Origin: an uncultured Planctomycetota bacterium
GTDB taxonomy: Bacteria; Planctomycetota; Planctomycetia; Isosphaerales; Isosphaeraceae
Assembly: GCA_963819805.1 (NCBI GenBank)
Contig: CAWFXY010000047.1
Span: forward strand, 13,040 to 77,039
Reading direction: 5' to 3'
Length of the DNA: 64,000 bases
The position numbers and the translations under genes are program-made. The notes beneath the pieces were generated by a model that saw only the letters and a list, made by a program, of their open reading frames with translations, searched no databases and was not told the origin of the DNA. Of the stretch, positions 53,712 to 64,000 are shown in pieces; position 1 is the first letter of the stretch, and each line of letters begins with the position of its first letter.

Positions 53712-56688
53712 TCACTCCTCGTACGTCACCCAGATCGGCGAACCCCACGCGAGGTTGCCGTCGGTCTGCTCGACGCGGACGTAATAGTAGTGCGACTCGC
53801 CCGGCTTCGCGTCGTCGTCGGTGTAGCGGAAGGTCACGTCGCGGGCGTTCGGCTCGGTGGAAAGGACGTACTTGTTGTCGCGGATGACGTGGAGCCTCGC
53901 CACCGGGGCGGTCCCCTTGACGACGACCTCGAAGGCCGGGCCTCTCCTGTCGTGGCGAACGCGTCGCCCATGAGGTGGTCGCCCGAGCGGACGTCGAGCA
54001 GGATGTTGTCGGTCGCCGCGTAGCAATGACGCTTCTTGAAGGCGTCGATCAGGGCCGGGCGCGAGGTGTCCTCGGCGTAGAGGATCGCGTAGCTCAGGTG
54101 GGTGCTGACGTGGTCGCTGCTGCTCTCGAACCCGAGATGGTAGCCCTTCTCGAGCGCGTTCCAGACGAAGCCCGTCGGGCTGGTAGCCGCCGATCTGCGT
54201 CGCCTCGGTGGCGGACCTCGGGGCGCCCGAGGTGCTCGTAGTTGTGGCGGTGCCCCTGGTAGATCTCCACCACGGGCTCGACCTCCGGGTCGTTGTCGCG
54301 CCAGTCGGTCCCCATGTCGGTGGCCGAGGTGTGCGAGGCGCAGATCCCGCCGAAGTGCTTCAGGTAGGCGTAGAGCAGCTTCGTGTCGGGCGTGCCCGCC
54401 CTCGAGCGTTCCCGGCAGGCCGCCGCGCGGCAGCGGCCGGATGCCGCGCCTCGGCATCATCACGTTGCGGTGGCCGTTGGGATACACAACGCTCCGCTCG
54501 TAGGTCTGCGCCGCGACGAACCTGGGCGGGTTGAGGTGCAAGTCGGTCATTCTTCTGGATGATCCACCACATGTACTCGAATCCGAACCCGTTGTCGTGG
54601 TCGCCGTTGCCCATCCAGTCGTGGTCCGCGGCGTCGAGCGCGTACCGCCAGGTGTCCTCGAGCAGACCGTCCTGGTCGCTGTGCGAGCTGATCTCGGTGT
54701 GGCGGTGGAACTCCCCGCGCAGGGGCCGCAGGGTCTTCCCGCCGATCGCGACACGGTAGTCGCGGATCGTCCTGATGTCGGACGCTTCCTCCGGGTGGAC
54801 TGCGGCGAGCGTCGGCGCGGGGGCGGGCGGGTCGTCGGCGAGCCTCGGGGTGGTCGACGCGGCCGACGTCGCCGCGAGCCGCACGGCGTAGAGGTCGTCC
54901 TCGACGCGCGTGTTGGCGTTCTGCCGGTGGTCGGTGCTGTAGACGGCCAGCAGGTCGTCGCCGACGGCTGCAAGGGCGGGCCGGTTGTCGATGAGGTTCG
55001 CCGAGCTGGCGAGCGTCTGCGGCGCCGACCAGGACTCGCCGTCTGAATGCCAGGGCCGACCCGACCCAGACCTCGCCCTGACCGCCGGGTAGGGGGTGGT
55101 GCCGCACGAGCATCCAGAGCGTCCCGTCGCCGCCGGATGCGAGCCGGGGGACGCTCTTGTTCCGGTCGGCAATCGCGCCGAACCTCGGCTCGGCGCCCGG
55201 CGCGGCGGCGAGCAGCCGGCCGCCGTCGAGGCACTTCAGCCGGACCGTCCGGTTGACGTAGAGGGCGAACCCCGAGTTCTTCGCCAAGCCGACGTTCTTG
55301 ACGCTGCCCGCGTGAGCGTAATCCTTGCCCCACTGCTCGTCGCCCTCCTCGTAGGCCACCCAGACCCGGTTCCCCCTGTCGACCGCGAGGCTCGGCCGCG
55401 CCTCGAAACGGGACGACGAGGCGACGGCGACCGGCGGCCCCGCGCGGGCGACGTCGCGGATCATCACGTCGAAGTTCCCCTTGTCGTACGTGTCCCAGGC
55501 GACGAACACGCCCCCGTGGCCGTCGGCGGCGATGGCGGGGCCCCAGTCGTCGGCCGGGCTGGCGGAGACGACCGACGCCCCGGGATGAGGCAGCTCCGGC
55601 CGCTCGGGGAGCGCGAGCGCGAGGACCTCGTAGTTGTCGCGGCGGAACGCCTGCCAGGCCAGCCAGACGCGGCCCTTCGCGTCCGTCGTGGCGACGACGT
55701 GGAAGTCCGAACCCTTCTCGGCGGTGACTTGCTTCGGTTCAGACCACGACCCCGAGGCCGCGCCGGGGCCGAGTGGGGTGTAGACCCGATGGAAGATCTC
55801 CCAGTCGCCGTCGACCTGCTGCGCCCAGGCGACCCAAACCCTTCCCGCGCCGTCGACCGCGACGGCCGGCCGCCAGACGTCGAGCCCGGTCTCCGTCACG
55901 TCCACGCCGGGTGACCAGGTGGTCCCGTCGAAGGCACGGAGCCGAATGCGATCGCCGTGCTTCGTGGGGACGAGCGAGTCGAACTCCTTCCTCGACCCGG
56001 CCTTGGTCAGGTGGGGGACCTCGGGCGTGTACTCGACGTAGGCGAGCCAGACGGTGCCGTCCGGCGCGCGGGCGGCGGACGGGAAGTCGTCCTCGGTCCC
56101 GCGGCCGGTCAGGCGGACGGCGGCCTCCTCGCGCTCGGCGGCCGCCCGGCCGTCGAGGAACATGGTCCGCTCGCCCCGCGTCAGGTCCGCCGGCCTGAAG
56201 GAGAAGGTTCCCTCCCCCGTGCGGACGGTGACCGTGGCCGTCTCGGGGGCGTCGAGGTTGGCGCGGACCACGGACGGGGCCGGCGCGGCATTGGCCTTCT
56301 GCTGCGCTTTCTTCTTGTTGGCCGCGGCTTTCTTCTTGTTGGTCGCGGCCTGCTTCTTGGCCTCGACGCGGAACCGGCCGCCCTCGATCGCGGCGTCGAC
56401 GGCGGCAGGCGCGACCTCGAGGCCGAGCACGCGCCCCTCGGAGACGGTGACCTCGCCGTCCCAGGCGGTCCGCCGCGCGTCCCCCAGGCCGAGCGTGATC
56501 GCCAGGCCGATCAGCCCGCGCGGCATCGCGACCGAAGCACCTCGCGCAGGACCCGACCCGACCCCGACCGTCGCGGGGGCGGCCTGGTCCTGCTCGTGCG
56601 ATGCGCTCGACACGACCTCTACCACCGCCAGCCCCAGCGCCGCCGCGAGGGCTGTCGCGGCCCGGGCACTCCGCGACCGGATAGCCAT
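53712..56688 (-). pseudogene. large secreted beta-propeller + PHP-like metal-hydrolase-domain protein, paralog 2; 6 frame breaks
   Basis: ORF 54547..56688 is coherent down to ...GEVWVGSALAF. Breaks follow at ~55043-55047 (DGESWSAPQTL...LRGEFHRHTEISSHSDQDGLLEDTWRYALDAADHDWMGNGDHDNG...WWIIQK) and ~54545-54555 (TDLHLNPPRF...NGHRNVMMP). Further breaks lie at ~54395 (TKLLYAYLKHFGGICASHTSATDMGTDW...EIYQGHRHNYEHLG), ~54240, ~54180 (FVWNALEKGYHLGFESSSDHVSTH...CYAATDNILLDVRSGDHLMG) and ~53945 (FEVVVKGTAPVARLHVIRDN...HYYYVRVEQTDGNLAWGSPIWVTYEE*). Confidence 0.8.
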
Positions 56689-56840
56689 GATCGAGACCCC
56701 TTCGTCATGACTCGACCCGTCATCACCTGTGCGAATAACGGGTCACAATAACCGGCCCTCGCGGCCGGAGCAAACTTCTTATCGGCAGCCGGGGCTGGTA
56801 GTCTCTCGGAGTGCGCAGGCCCGGCCCCGACGGGAGCGCG

Positions 56841-57063
56841 GACGAGCACGTGCCCCGAGTCGTCGGTGGAGATCGTCGGCCACTCGGTCGGCGGGATCAC
56901 CTACCGGCACTACGCCCGCAGAGCGCCCCTGGCGTTCAGGGTGATCATGACGCTACCGCAGCCGACGGCGTTCCAGGCGTTGGTGAGGGGCAGCGGCAGC
57001 GCGTGCCCGTGCTACCGGCGTCGATTCGCCGACGCCGGCTGAACCGGTCGACCATACCGAAGC
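56841..57063 (+). pseudogene. 3' relic of a second tyrosine integrase gene (copy B of the direct repeat), with one extra base
   Basis: About 85% identical to 3861-4083. It encodes ...ESSVEIVGHSVGGITYRHYARRAPLAFRVIMTLPQPTAFQALVRGSGSACPCYRRRFADAG* once the extra C in gtgcccc (56851-56857) is ignored. The motif variant CGACCATACCGAAGC is at 57049-57063. No upstream integrase coding sequence remains. Confidence 0.75.
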
Positions 57064-57380
57064 TAGTTACGTCCACGCAGAGGTCGTGAGGTTGCGCGAG
57101 AAAGGGCTTGGGCCACGGCCGACCTGTCGCGAGGGTCCTGGATTGCCTGAGCCGATCGCGAAGATACGGAGCGCCTTCGTCGATGGACGGCCCGATTAAA
57201 ACGGCGCAGTGCGGGGATCCCGCCGAACTGACGACGCATGAGCCGAGGCCGCCATCGTGACAACGATCGCATTCGCTCTTTCCCGATGATGAAGGATGAA
57301 TCGACTCCGGGTATCCTTGGAAAGGCTCCCCCCCCCGTCGACGCGCCGGTTGCATCGACGGATCGGGAGTTATCGTAGAA

Positions 57381-57974
57381 TTGCGATCGCCCTATCGGCG
57401 GACCCGCTTGCACACGACGCCCGTCAGCCTGCTGGAGCAGTTGCGCCGACCCGGGGATCAGGCCTCTTGGGTGCGGTTCGTCCGCCTCTATTACCCGCTG
57501 ATCTACGACTGGGCGCGGCGTGCGGGGGCCCGTCCGGAGGACGCGGCCGACCTCGTCCAGGACGTGCTGACGGTCCTCATCCGCAAGACTGCCGGAGTTC
57601 GAGTACGACTCGTCGAAGACCTTCCGCGGCTGGCTGCGCACGGTCACGCTCAACGCCTGGCGGCGGCAGCGCCGCACGCCGCGCCTTCCCGATCGAGGCG
57701 ATCGACCTCAGGTGAGGTCGACGGGGAGGACGACCCGCCGGGCCGCTGGTTCGAGGAGGACGAGTACCGGCGGTTGCTGGCCTTCCGCGCCCTCCAGGTG
57801 ATGAAGGCCGATTTCCAGCCGGCCACCTGGCGCGCCTGCTGGGAGAACGTCGTCGAAGGCCGGCCGGCCGCCGAGGTCGCGTGCGAGCTGGGTATCACCG
57901 TCAACGCGGTCTACCTGGCCAAGTCGCGGGTCCTCCGCCGCCTCCACCAGGAGCTGGACGGGTTCCTGGACTGA
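57381..57974 (+). pseudogene. ECF-type sigma-70 family factor, two compensating frame breaks
   Basis: The gene opens LLEQLRRPGDQASWVRFVRLYYPLIYDWARRAG..PEDAADLVQDVLTVLIRK. A break at ~57595-57600 leads to LPEFEYDSSKTFRGWLRTVTLNAWRRQRR. A break at ~57680-57700 returns to the original frame: ...EDEYRRLLAFRALQVMKADF...ELGITVNAVYLAKSRVLRRLHQEL*. Confidence 0.75.
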
Positions 57975-58171
57975 CGACCGCCGTCGGGATTCGCGGATTT
58001 TCGCGACAGGTCGGCCGGCCCGCGCGCCTAATACCTCCTTCGAGGCGACGGGAGATCGTGCCACGATGGCCGCCCCCCCTCCATCGTCAGATCCCTGGGA
58101 TCGGGACGCGGACCGGCGCGAGGATCGGCGCCGGGGCCGACACACCCTGTCGATCGAAGGAGACCGCAGCG

Positions 58172-59313
58172 ATGAGGAAGCAGCACGTTCGATGGGCGAC
58201 CTCTGAGACGTCCCCCGGTAACGCCCGCCGGGGTCGGCGGTGGTCGCAGTGGGCTGGCCTGGCGCTGGCCTGGGCCTTGTCGGTCACGTGGTCCGGCGAC
58301 GCCCGCGCCGGATTTCTCGTCTCCAACATCGCCGACCTTAGCAACGGTACGGTGAGCCAGGTAGGCGACGGCGGCGGCACGGCGACCCCGTTCGCCACAC
58401 GGGTTCAGCAACCCGTTCGGCCTGGCGCTGGACACCGCCGGCAACCTCTACGTCAGCAACCAGGGCAACAACACGATCAGCGTTGTGGGGCCCGGCGGCG
58501 GCGGCGGCGACTCTGTTCGCCACCGGGTTCAGCAACCCATCCGGCCTGGCGTTCGACCACGCCGGCAACCTTTACGTCGCCAACTCCAACACCAACTCGG
58601 TGATCGAGGTGACGCCCGGCGGCGTGGAGACCACGTTCGCCACCGGGTTCTGCGCCCCGCAGGGCATCGTGTTCGACTCGGCCGGCAACCTCTACGCCGC
58701 CAACGGCCTTGGTGGCACGATCAGCAAGGTGGGGCCCGGCGGCGGCGTGGCGACCACGTTCGCCACCGGGTTCTACTCCGCCCTGTTCGGCCTGGCGATC
58801 GACGGCGCCGGCAACCTCTACGCCCGCGACGGCACCTTCACGATAGGCAAGGTGGGTCCCGGCGGCGGCGTGGCGACCACGTTCGCCTCCGGGTTCAGCG
58901 CCCCGGATGGCCTGACGTTCGACTCGGCCGGCAACCTCTACGTCGTCAACGCCGGCGACACCACGGTGAAAATGGTGGGTCCCGGCGGCGGCGTGGCGAC
59001 CACGTTCGCCACCGGGTTACGACGCCCCGAGGGCCATCCTCTTCGTCCCCGATCGTCGGCGGTCCCCGAGCCGACGTCGGCGGCGCTGATGGGCGTCGGC
59101 ATCGCGGTCGCCGCGGGCGCGGCATGGCGGAGGCGCCGGGCGGGCCCGAGGCGCCGAGGGATGACAGACGGGGGCGGCCGCCCCGCCGTCGGTGACGCCC
59201 GACGATCGCCAGGGCTCCCGAATCGAGAGCGATGCGGTCCCGTCACCCCCGGCCGGCGGGGCGGGGGTGATTTCCGAGCCCGGTCGGATCGATTAGATTG
59301 GATCGCAGGCTAG
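58172..59313 (+). pseudogene. NHL-type beta-propeller repeat protein with PEP-CTERM sorting signal, 2-3 frame breaks
   Basis: GAAGGAG precedes ATG 58172, with the signal peptide WAGLALAWALSVTWSGDARA. Six units of (A/S)TGFSxPxGLAFDxAGNLYVxN are spread over three frames, with breaks at ~58395-58400 and ~58495-58505. The C-terminal sorting signal is VPEPTSAALMGVGIAVAAGAAWRRRRA. Confidence 0.75.
58480..59020. repeat. tandem coding repeats (period about 120-126 bp) of the NHL units
   Basis: ggtgggKcccggcggcggcgtggcgaccacgttcgccWccgggtt recurs starting near 58727, 58851 and 58971, with more diverged units upstream. Confidence 0.8.
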
Positions 59314-59342
59314 CTCGGGAGGATCTGCGGGAGAGGACGATC

Positions 59343-62300
59343 ATGGTCGCCACGGCCCGATGTCCCGATCGCTCGCAACTGGAGCGATTCCTCCGCGCCG
59401 ACCTCCCCGACGAGGACGCCTCGGGGATCGAATCCCACCTGGAGTCGTGCGACTCCTGTGCCTCGTCGATCCACGAGATTTCGTCCGAAGATCCCTTGAT
59501 GAAGGGCCTCCGGGGCGGGCCGCCCGGACCGACCGAGCGGCAGGTCGACACCCTGGCGGAGCGATTCTGCCGGGGCCTGCCGGGGCTGCTCGCCCCGGGG
59601 CGGGCACTCGAGACGACGGATCTCGATCCGGATCCCGCCGACCCGGACGGCCCCGGGGCGGGGATGACCGAGGAGGTCTTCGACTTCCTCGCCCCGGCCG
59701 AGGGGCCCGGGGAGATCGGGCGGCTCGGGCCGTATCGCGTCACGGGGCCGATCGGCGCGGGGGGGATGGGGATCGTCTTCCGGGCCGAGGACCCGCTCCT
59801 GAGGAGGCCGGTCGCCCTGAAGGTGATGAAGCGGTCGCTCTCGGCCGGAGCGGAGGCGCGGCGGCGGTTCCTCCGCGAGGCCCAGGCCGTCGCCGCGCTC
59901 GACCACGACCACGTCGTCGCGATCTATCAGGCGGGCGAGGATCGCGGGGTCCTCTTCCTGGCGATGCCGCTGCTCCGGGGCGAGACCCTCGCCGACCGGC
60001 TCCGCCGCGAAGGGAGCACTGCCCCTGGCCGAGGCCCTCCGGGTCGCCCGCGAGGTCGCCGAGGGGCTGGACGTCGCGCATCGCCGCGGGCTGGTCCACC
60101 GCGACATCAAGCCGGCGAACCTCTGGCTCGAAGGAGACCGCGGCCGGGTGAAGATCCTCGACTTCGGCCTGTCGAGGAGCCTGGAGCCGGAGGCCGACCG
60201 GAGCCAGTCGGGCCAGATCGCCGGCACGCCGCACTACATGAGCCCCGAGCAGGCAAGGGGCGGCCCGATCACGCCGCTCTGCGACCTCTTCAGCCTCGGT
60301 TGCGTCCTCTATCACATGACCACGGGACGAGTTCCCTTCGACGGCCCCGACACGCTCGCGGTCCTCACGGCGCTGGCCGTGGCGACGCCCGAGCCGCCCG
60401 ATCGGCTCAACCCGGGGCTGCCACCGGTCGCCTCCGCGCTCATCACGATCGCTGCTGGCCCGCGACCCCTCGGCGTCGTCCCGGTTCGGCCCGCGCCGTG
60501 GTCGAGGCGATCGAGGCCATCGAGCGGTCGCCGAGCCCGGCCCCCGCGCCGCGACGGCGACTGACCCCGATCGGCCTGGCCCTCCTGGTCGTCCTGGGGC
60601 TCGCCGGGGCGGGTGCCGCCTTCGGCCCGCAGGTCGTCCGCATCCTCACCGATCAGGGGCAGCTCGTCATCGAGACGTCCGACCCCGAGGTCCGAGTCGA
60701 GGTCAAGCGCGGCGGGCGGTTGGTGACGAATCGTCGACCCCGCCTCGGGCCGCCAGGTCGACCTCCATGCCGGGGAATACGACCTCGAACTCTCCGAGGG
60801 GAAGGACGGCCTCCGGCTCTCGACCCGCCGATTCGTACTGGCGAGGGGGGGCGAGAGGTCGTCCGCGTGACGATGGAGCCGATCGCCCGCCGCGCCTCCC
60901 GCGAAGGAAACGCACGCCGCGCCGCCCGTCGCCGCCGCTCGACCCGCCGGAGATCGACCGCCTGACGGCCCGACTCCTCGACCGGCCGGACGACCCGGCC
61001 GCCCTCCAGGCGAGGGCCGTCGCCTACGCGAAGGCCGGCGACACGGACCGCGCCATCGCCGACTGGGACCGCGCGATCTCCATCGAGCCGACCGGGTCCC
61101 GGCTCCAGGCCCGGGGCTGGGCCCATTTCCAGAGGCGCGACACCGACCGGGCCCTGGCCGACTTCTGCGAGGCGATCCGGCTCGACCCGCGATCGGCCGG
61201 GGCGTACCGAGGCCGCGGTCGGGTCTTCCTCGACCGCCGCGAGTTCGACCGCGCCCGGGCCGACTTCGACGAGGCGATCCGCCTCGATCCGGGAGATGCC
61301 GCCGCGTACGAAGGTCCGGGCCCACACCCGGCAGGCGACCGGCGACCATCTCGGCGCGATCCCGACTGCGATTCCGCCCTCCGGCTCGACCCCGCACCTG
61401 ACGGATGCCTACTCCATCCGCGGCGCGGCCCTCACCTCGCTGGGCGAGTGGGACCGGGGCCGCGTCGACCTGGACGAGTTCATCCGCCGCGTCCCGCGCG
61501 AGCCCTGGTCCCATTTCCATCGCGCCTCGAGCCGCCAGATCCTCGGGCGATCTCGACGGGGCGGTGGCCGACTTCGACCTGGCGATCGAGCTCGACCCGG
61601 GAAACGTCCCTCTTCTACGGCCAGCGTGGGCTGGCCCTGGCGTTCGGCACGACCCCGGGCGGGCCCTGGCGGATGTCGAGCGGGCCCTCCGGTCCAGTCC
61701 CGACGACAAGGAGTATCCTCCGCCTCCGGGGCTGGATCCGGGCCCAACTGGGCGACTATGACGGGTCGTTGGCCGACTACCATCGGGCCTTCGAAGGTCG
61801 ACCCCTGGACGCGATCAAGCTGGCCGACCGGGCGTCCGTCGCGGCAATGGCGGGCCATCACAAGGATGCGGAGACGGACTTCGAAGCGGCCCTGCGACTG
61901 GACCCGTCGAGCCCCTGGATCCGCGCCCGGCGTGCCCGGTACCTCCACGCCGCGCGGGGCGATCACCAGCGGGCGGTCGCCGACTGCGACGAGGCGCTCC
62001 GGCTCAAGCCGGGGCACGCCGAAGCGTCCCTGTATCGGGGCCTCTCGTCGGTGGCCCTGGACGACTTCCGCGGCGCCGTCGCCGACTTCGACCGGGCCCT
62101 AGACCCGCACCAGGCCCGCGCGATCACGTTCCTCGGCCCGATCTCCTCCCACTACCCCGAGCTGTACCGCGCCCGGTCCGAGGCCCATCGACGGCTCGGC
62201 GACCTCGACGGTGCCTGGCCGACCTCGACGCGGCTCTCGGGCTCAACCCGGACGACGCCGAGGCCCGGGTCCGCCGCGGGCGCGTTCACGCCGCCCGGCG

Positions 62301-62422
62301 CGACTTCGCCCGAGCGATCGCCGACTTCGACCGGGCGATCGCCCTCGGTCGCCGCGATCCCGGACCTCTACCGGAACCGCGGCGACGCTGTTGGCCGACT
62401 CTCCGAGCCCGCCGGGAGGTGA
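59343..62422 (+). pseudogene. Ser/Thr kinase with N-terminal H-x3-C-x2-C motif - TM - TPR-repeat region; at least 8 frame breaks
   Basis: ATG 59343 opens MVATARCPDRSQLERFLRADLPDEDASGIESHLESCDSC. Kinase motifs are GAGGMGIVFRA and VALKVM, followed by a break at ~60005-60015 and then HRDIKPANLWL, KILDFGLSR and PHYMSPE. A later break returns to ...AVVEAIEAIE...TM LTPIGLALLVVLGLAGAGAAF. Many TPR units (AIADWDRAISIEP, ALADFCEAIRLDP, ARADFDEAIRLDP, AVADFDLAIELDP, AVADCDEALRLKP, AIADFDRAIAL) are distributed over three frames up to the stop at 62422. Confidence 0.75.
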
Positions 62423-62525
62423 ATCCCCAGCCCTGTCCCGTCCACCACGACCGGGATGGATTGTCATATCCCATATTCCCAGTTCAATCGACGTGGTTCG
62501 ATTAGCTGCCAATGACGCGCCCTGT

Positions 62526-62960
62526 CTATCCCTCAAGAAGGGCGAGACCCCCACCAACTCCGAGAGGTCGCAGCCTGTCCCCCGGCCGGCGACGTACTTC
62601 CCGGCCAGGTCGTCGAGGTTGCTCGCCTAGAGCATCCCGAAGCCGTCGCGGAGCCTGCGGAGCGGGTACGATCGGGCGGAACCGGCCCTGCGCGTCAGAG
62701 GTCGCGAGTGCATCGGCGTCCCGGCGCAGGCCCGGCGGCGTAAAACCGGAGACCCACACCTCGGCCCGCGCGACGCGCTGTCGCTTCGCGTCGACTACTC
62801 GCCCCGCGACCGCCAAAGGCCCTGTGGCCGCGGCCCGCGGAAGCATCGCGAGCGGCCACGGCGCAAGACGCATCGGTCGGGCTTCGTCTTCTGACAGTAC
62901 AGGACGCCATTGCAATCTGACGTTCGTCCGAATCATCGCCGGGAGGGGCCGCCGAGTCAT
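62526..62960 (-). pseudogene. possible fragment of a secreted protein with a carboxypeptidase-regulatory-like (CarboxypepD_reg) unit
   Basis: Only one segment is recognisable: LAVAGRVVDAKRQRVARAEVWVSGF...TSDAQGRFR. The rest of the ORF looks like GC-driven open frame. Confidence 0.2.
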
Positions 62961-63014
62961 GCGGCTTTTCGGATGGGCTTGCGCGCGCCGGTCCGCTGCT
63001 GGAGCAACTTCGGC

Positions 63015-63030
63015 CGACTATACCGAAGCG
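63015..63030 (+). repeat. third copy of the 16-nt motif CGACTATACCGAAGCG
   Basis: Identical to 4068-4083 and in the same orientation. There is weak extra similarity for about 10 nt upstream and no integrase coding similarity. Confidence 0.7.
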
Positions 63031-63582
63031 CGCATGGCTCGTATGCCGGGCTCCAGCCGACCTTGGCGCGGGGCGTGAAAGTTCCTCGGAGTCCACCCTG
63101 GACAGTCCGATGAACCGATCACTTCAGCGACCGACGCGGACCTCGAATGCGCAGAGGCGACGCCTTGGCGGCCGAAGTGATCGCGGACCGCGGGCGCCTG
63201 CCTGTCGCGCCGGCGAGGGGGCCGGGCGTGATCTCCATGAAGCACGCGTCGGCGTTCATCGCGGCGGAAGCGGGGAGGCCTCATCGCGCAACAGGTGGAG
63301 GTGACGTCGGGGGGTTCGGATTGCCGGCATGGATGGGATCACTGACGCAGCCGGTGCGCAGCGATCCACGACGGAGGCTGGTTGCCATCGGCCGGTGGGA
63401 CCCCGAATTCCGTGCCGCGACGCTAGTCTCGGGTGAAATGAACCGGCCACGCGATTTTTTTCGCAACTTGTTCCGCCGGATTGCGTGGTTCGGAGTAGGC
63501 GAGGAGATATTCTCGCCCTCATCCCGGACCGCGGCCCTCGCCCCGAGGGGGACCGGTCCCTCACACTCGGCGGGAGGCTGCA

Positions 63583-64000
63583 ATGAGGGCCATAGTAAGG
63601 CGATTCGGACCCACCATGACGCTCCTGGGGATCATGGTTCTCGGGGTGGCGCGGGCCGAGGCGGGGTTCCTCGGCCTGACCGTCCACGGCGAGTACCTCT
63701 TCCCGGACGGCGCGACGGTATATCAGGATCTCGGGAACCAGATCATCACCCCCGGCTTCACGTTCGACTTCAGCGCCGCGGCCGTCCTGGTGCACGTGGA
63801 TGACGATTCGATCGTGACCGATTACGGCGGGACCGCCTTCTCTGCGGCCTACAACGGCGTCCGCCTGACGGTCGTCGGCCCCGATCCCGGGATTACCGCG
63901 GTCAACATCGACCCGACGAGCATCGCCGGTTTCGACCCGTCCCGCCTGTCGTTCACCAGCAATTCGGTCGCGGAAAACTACCAGGGCCTGTTCGGTACGG
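63583..64000 (+). CDS. secreted hypothetical protein, 5' part (runs off window end)
   Basis: GGGAGG precedes ATG 63583, which opens MRAIVRRFGPTMTLLGIMVLGVARAEA (signal peptide) followed by GFLGLTVHGEYLFPDGATVYQDLGNQIITPGFTFDF... The frame is open to position 64000. Not in the ORF track because there is no in-window stop. Confidence 0.6.
   Translation, partial: MRAIVRRFGPTMTLLGIMVLGVARAEAGFLGLTVHGEYLFPDGATVYQDLGNQIITPGFTFDFSAAAVLVHVDDDSIVTDYGGTAFSAAYNGVRLTVVGPDPGITAVNIDPTSIAGFDPSRLSFTSNSVAENYQGLFGT

Overview
64-kb window at roughly 70% GC. The gene content is a DUF1559 pilin-like protein, a DUF1552 + DUF1592-family cytochrome pair, a PEP-CTERM protein, ECF sigma factors and four Hanks-type Ser/Thr kinases including a kinase-WD40 giant. 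This points to a Planctomycetota chromosome; that is an inference from family distribution, and no search was run.

I call about 45 protein-coding loci and one tmRNA-like RNA. There are four IS-type elements:
- an IS3-family copy with intact OrfA/OrfB and an in-phase A-AAA-AAG slippery site, inserted in dinB with a 4-bp duplication
- an IS256-like copy
- an IS630-like copy with a TA duplication
- a degenerate IS701/IS4-like remnant

There is also one intact tyrosine integrase, a 3' integrase relic 53 kb away, and several repeats. I saw no rRNA, canonical tRNA or CRISPR array.

The dominant feature is dozens of single-base frame breaks. They cluster at 26.7-30.6, 39.9-42.1 and 44.9-62.4 kb and in the IS256/IS630 transposases, while neighbouring genes are clean. 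Conserved peptide sequence continues across each break in another frame. I therefore annotate the repaired loci as pseudogene, meaning 'frame-disrupted as assembled'. Without reads I cannot tell consensus error from real decay.

Most interesting biology:
1. Two ECF-sigma loci whose partner Ser/Thr kinases carry an N-terminal H-x3-C-x2-C anti-sigma-like motif.
2. A tight ~12.7-kb minus-strand cluster: beta-propeller/PHP-like paralog, His-rich P1B ATPase, three SPFH proteins, TM protein, second paralog, PadR, CxxCH lipoprotein, RND stub.
3. A tmRNA-like gene with a non-canonical acceptor stem and T-loop.
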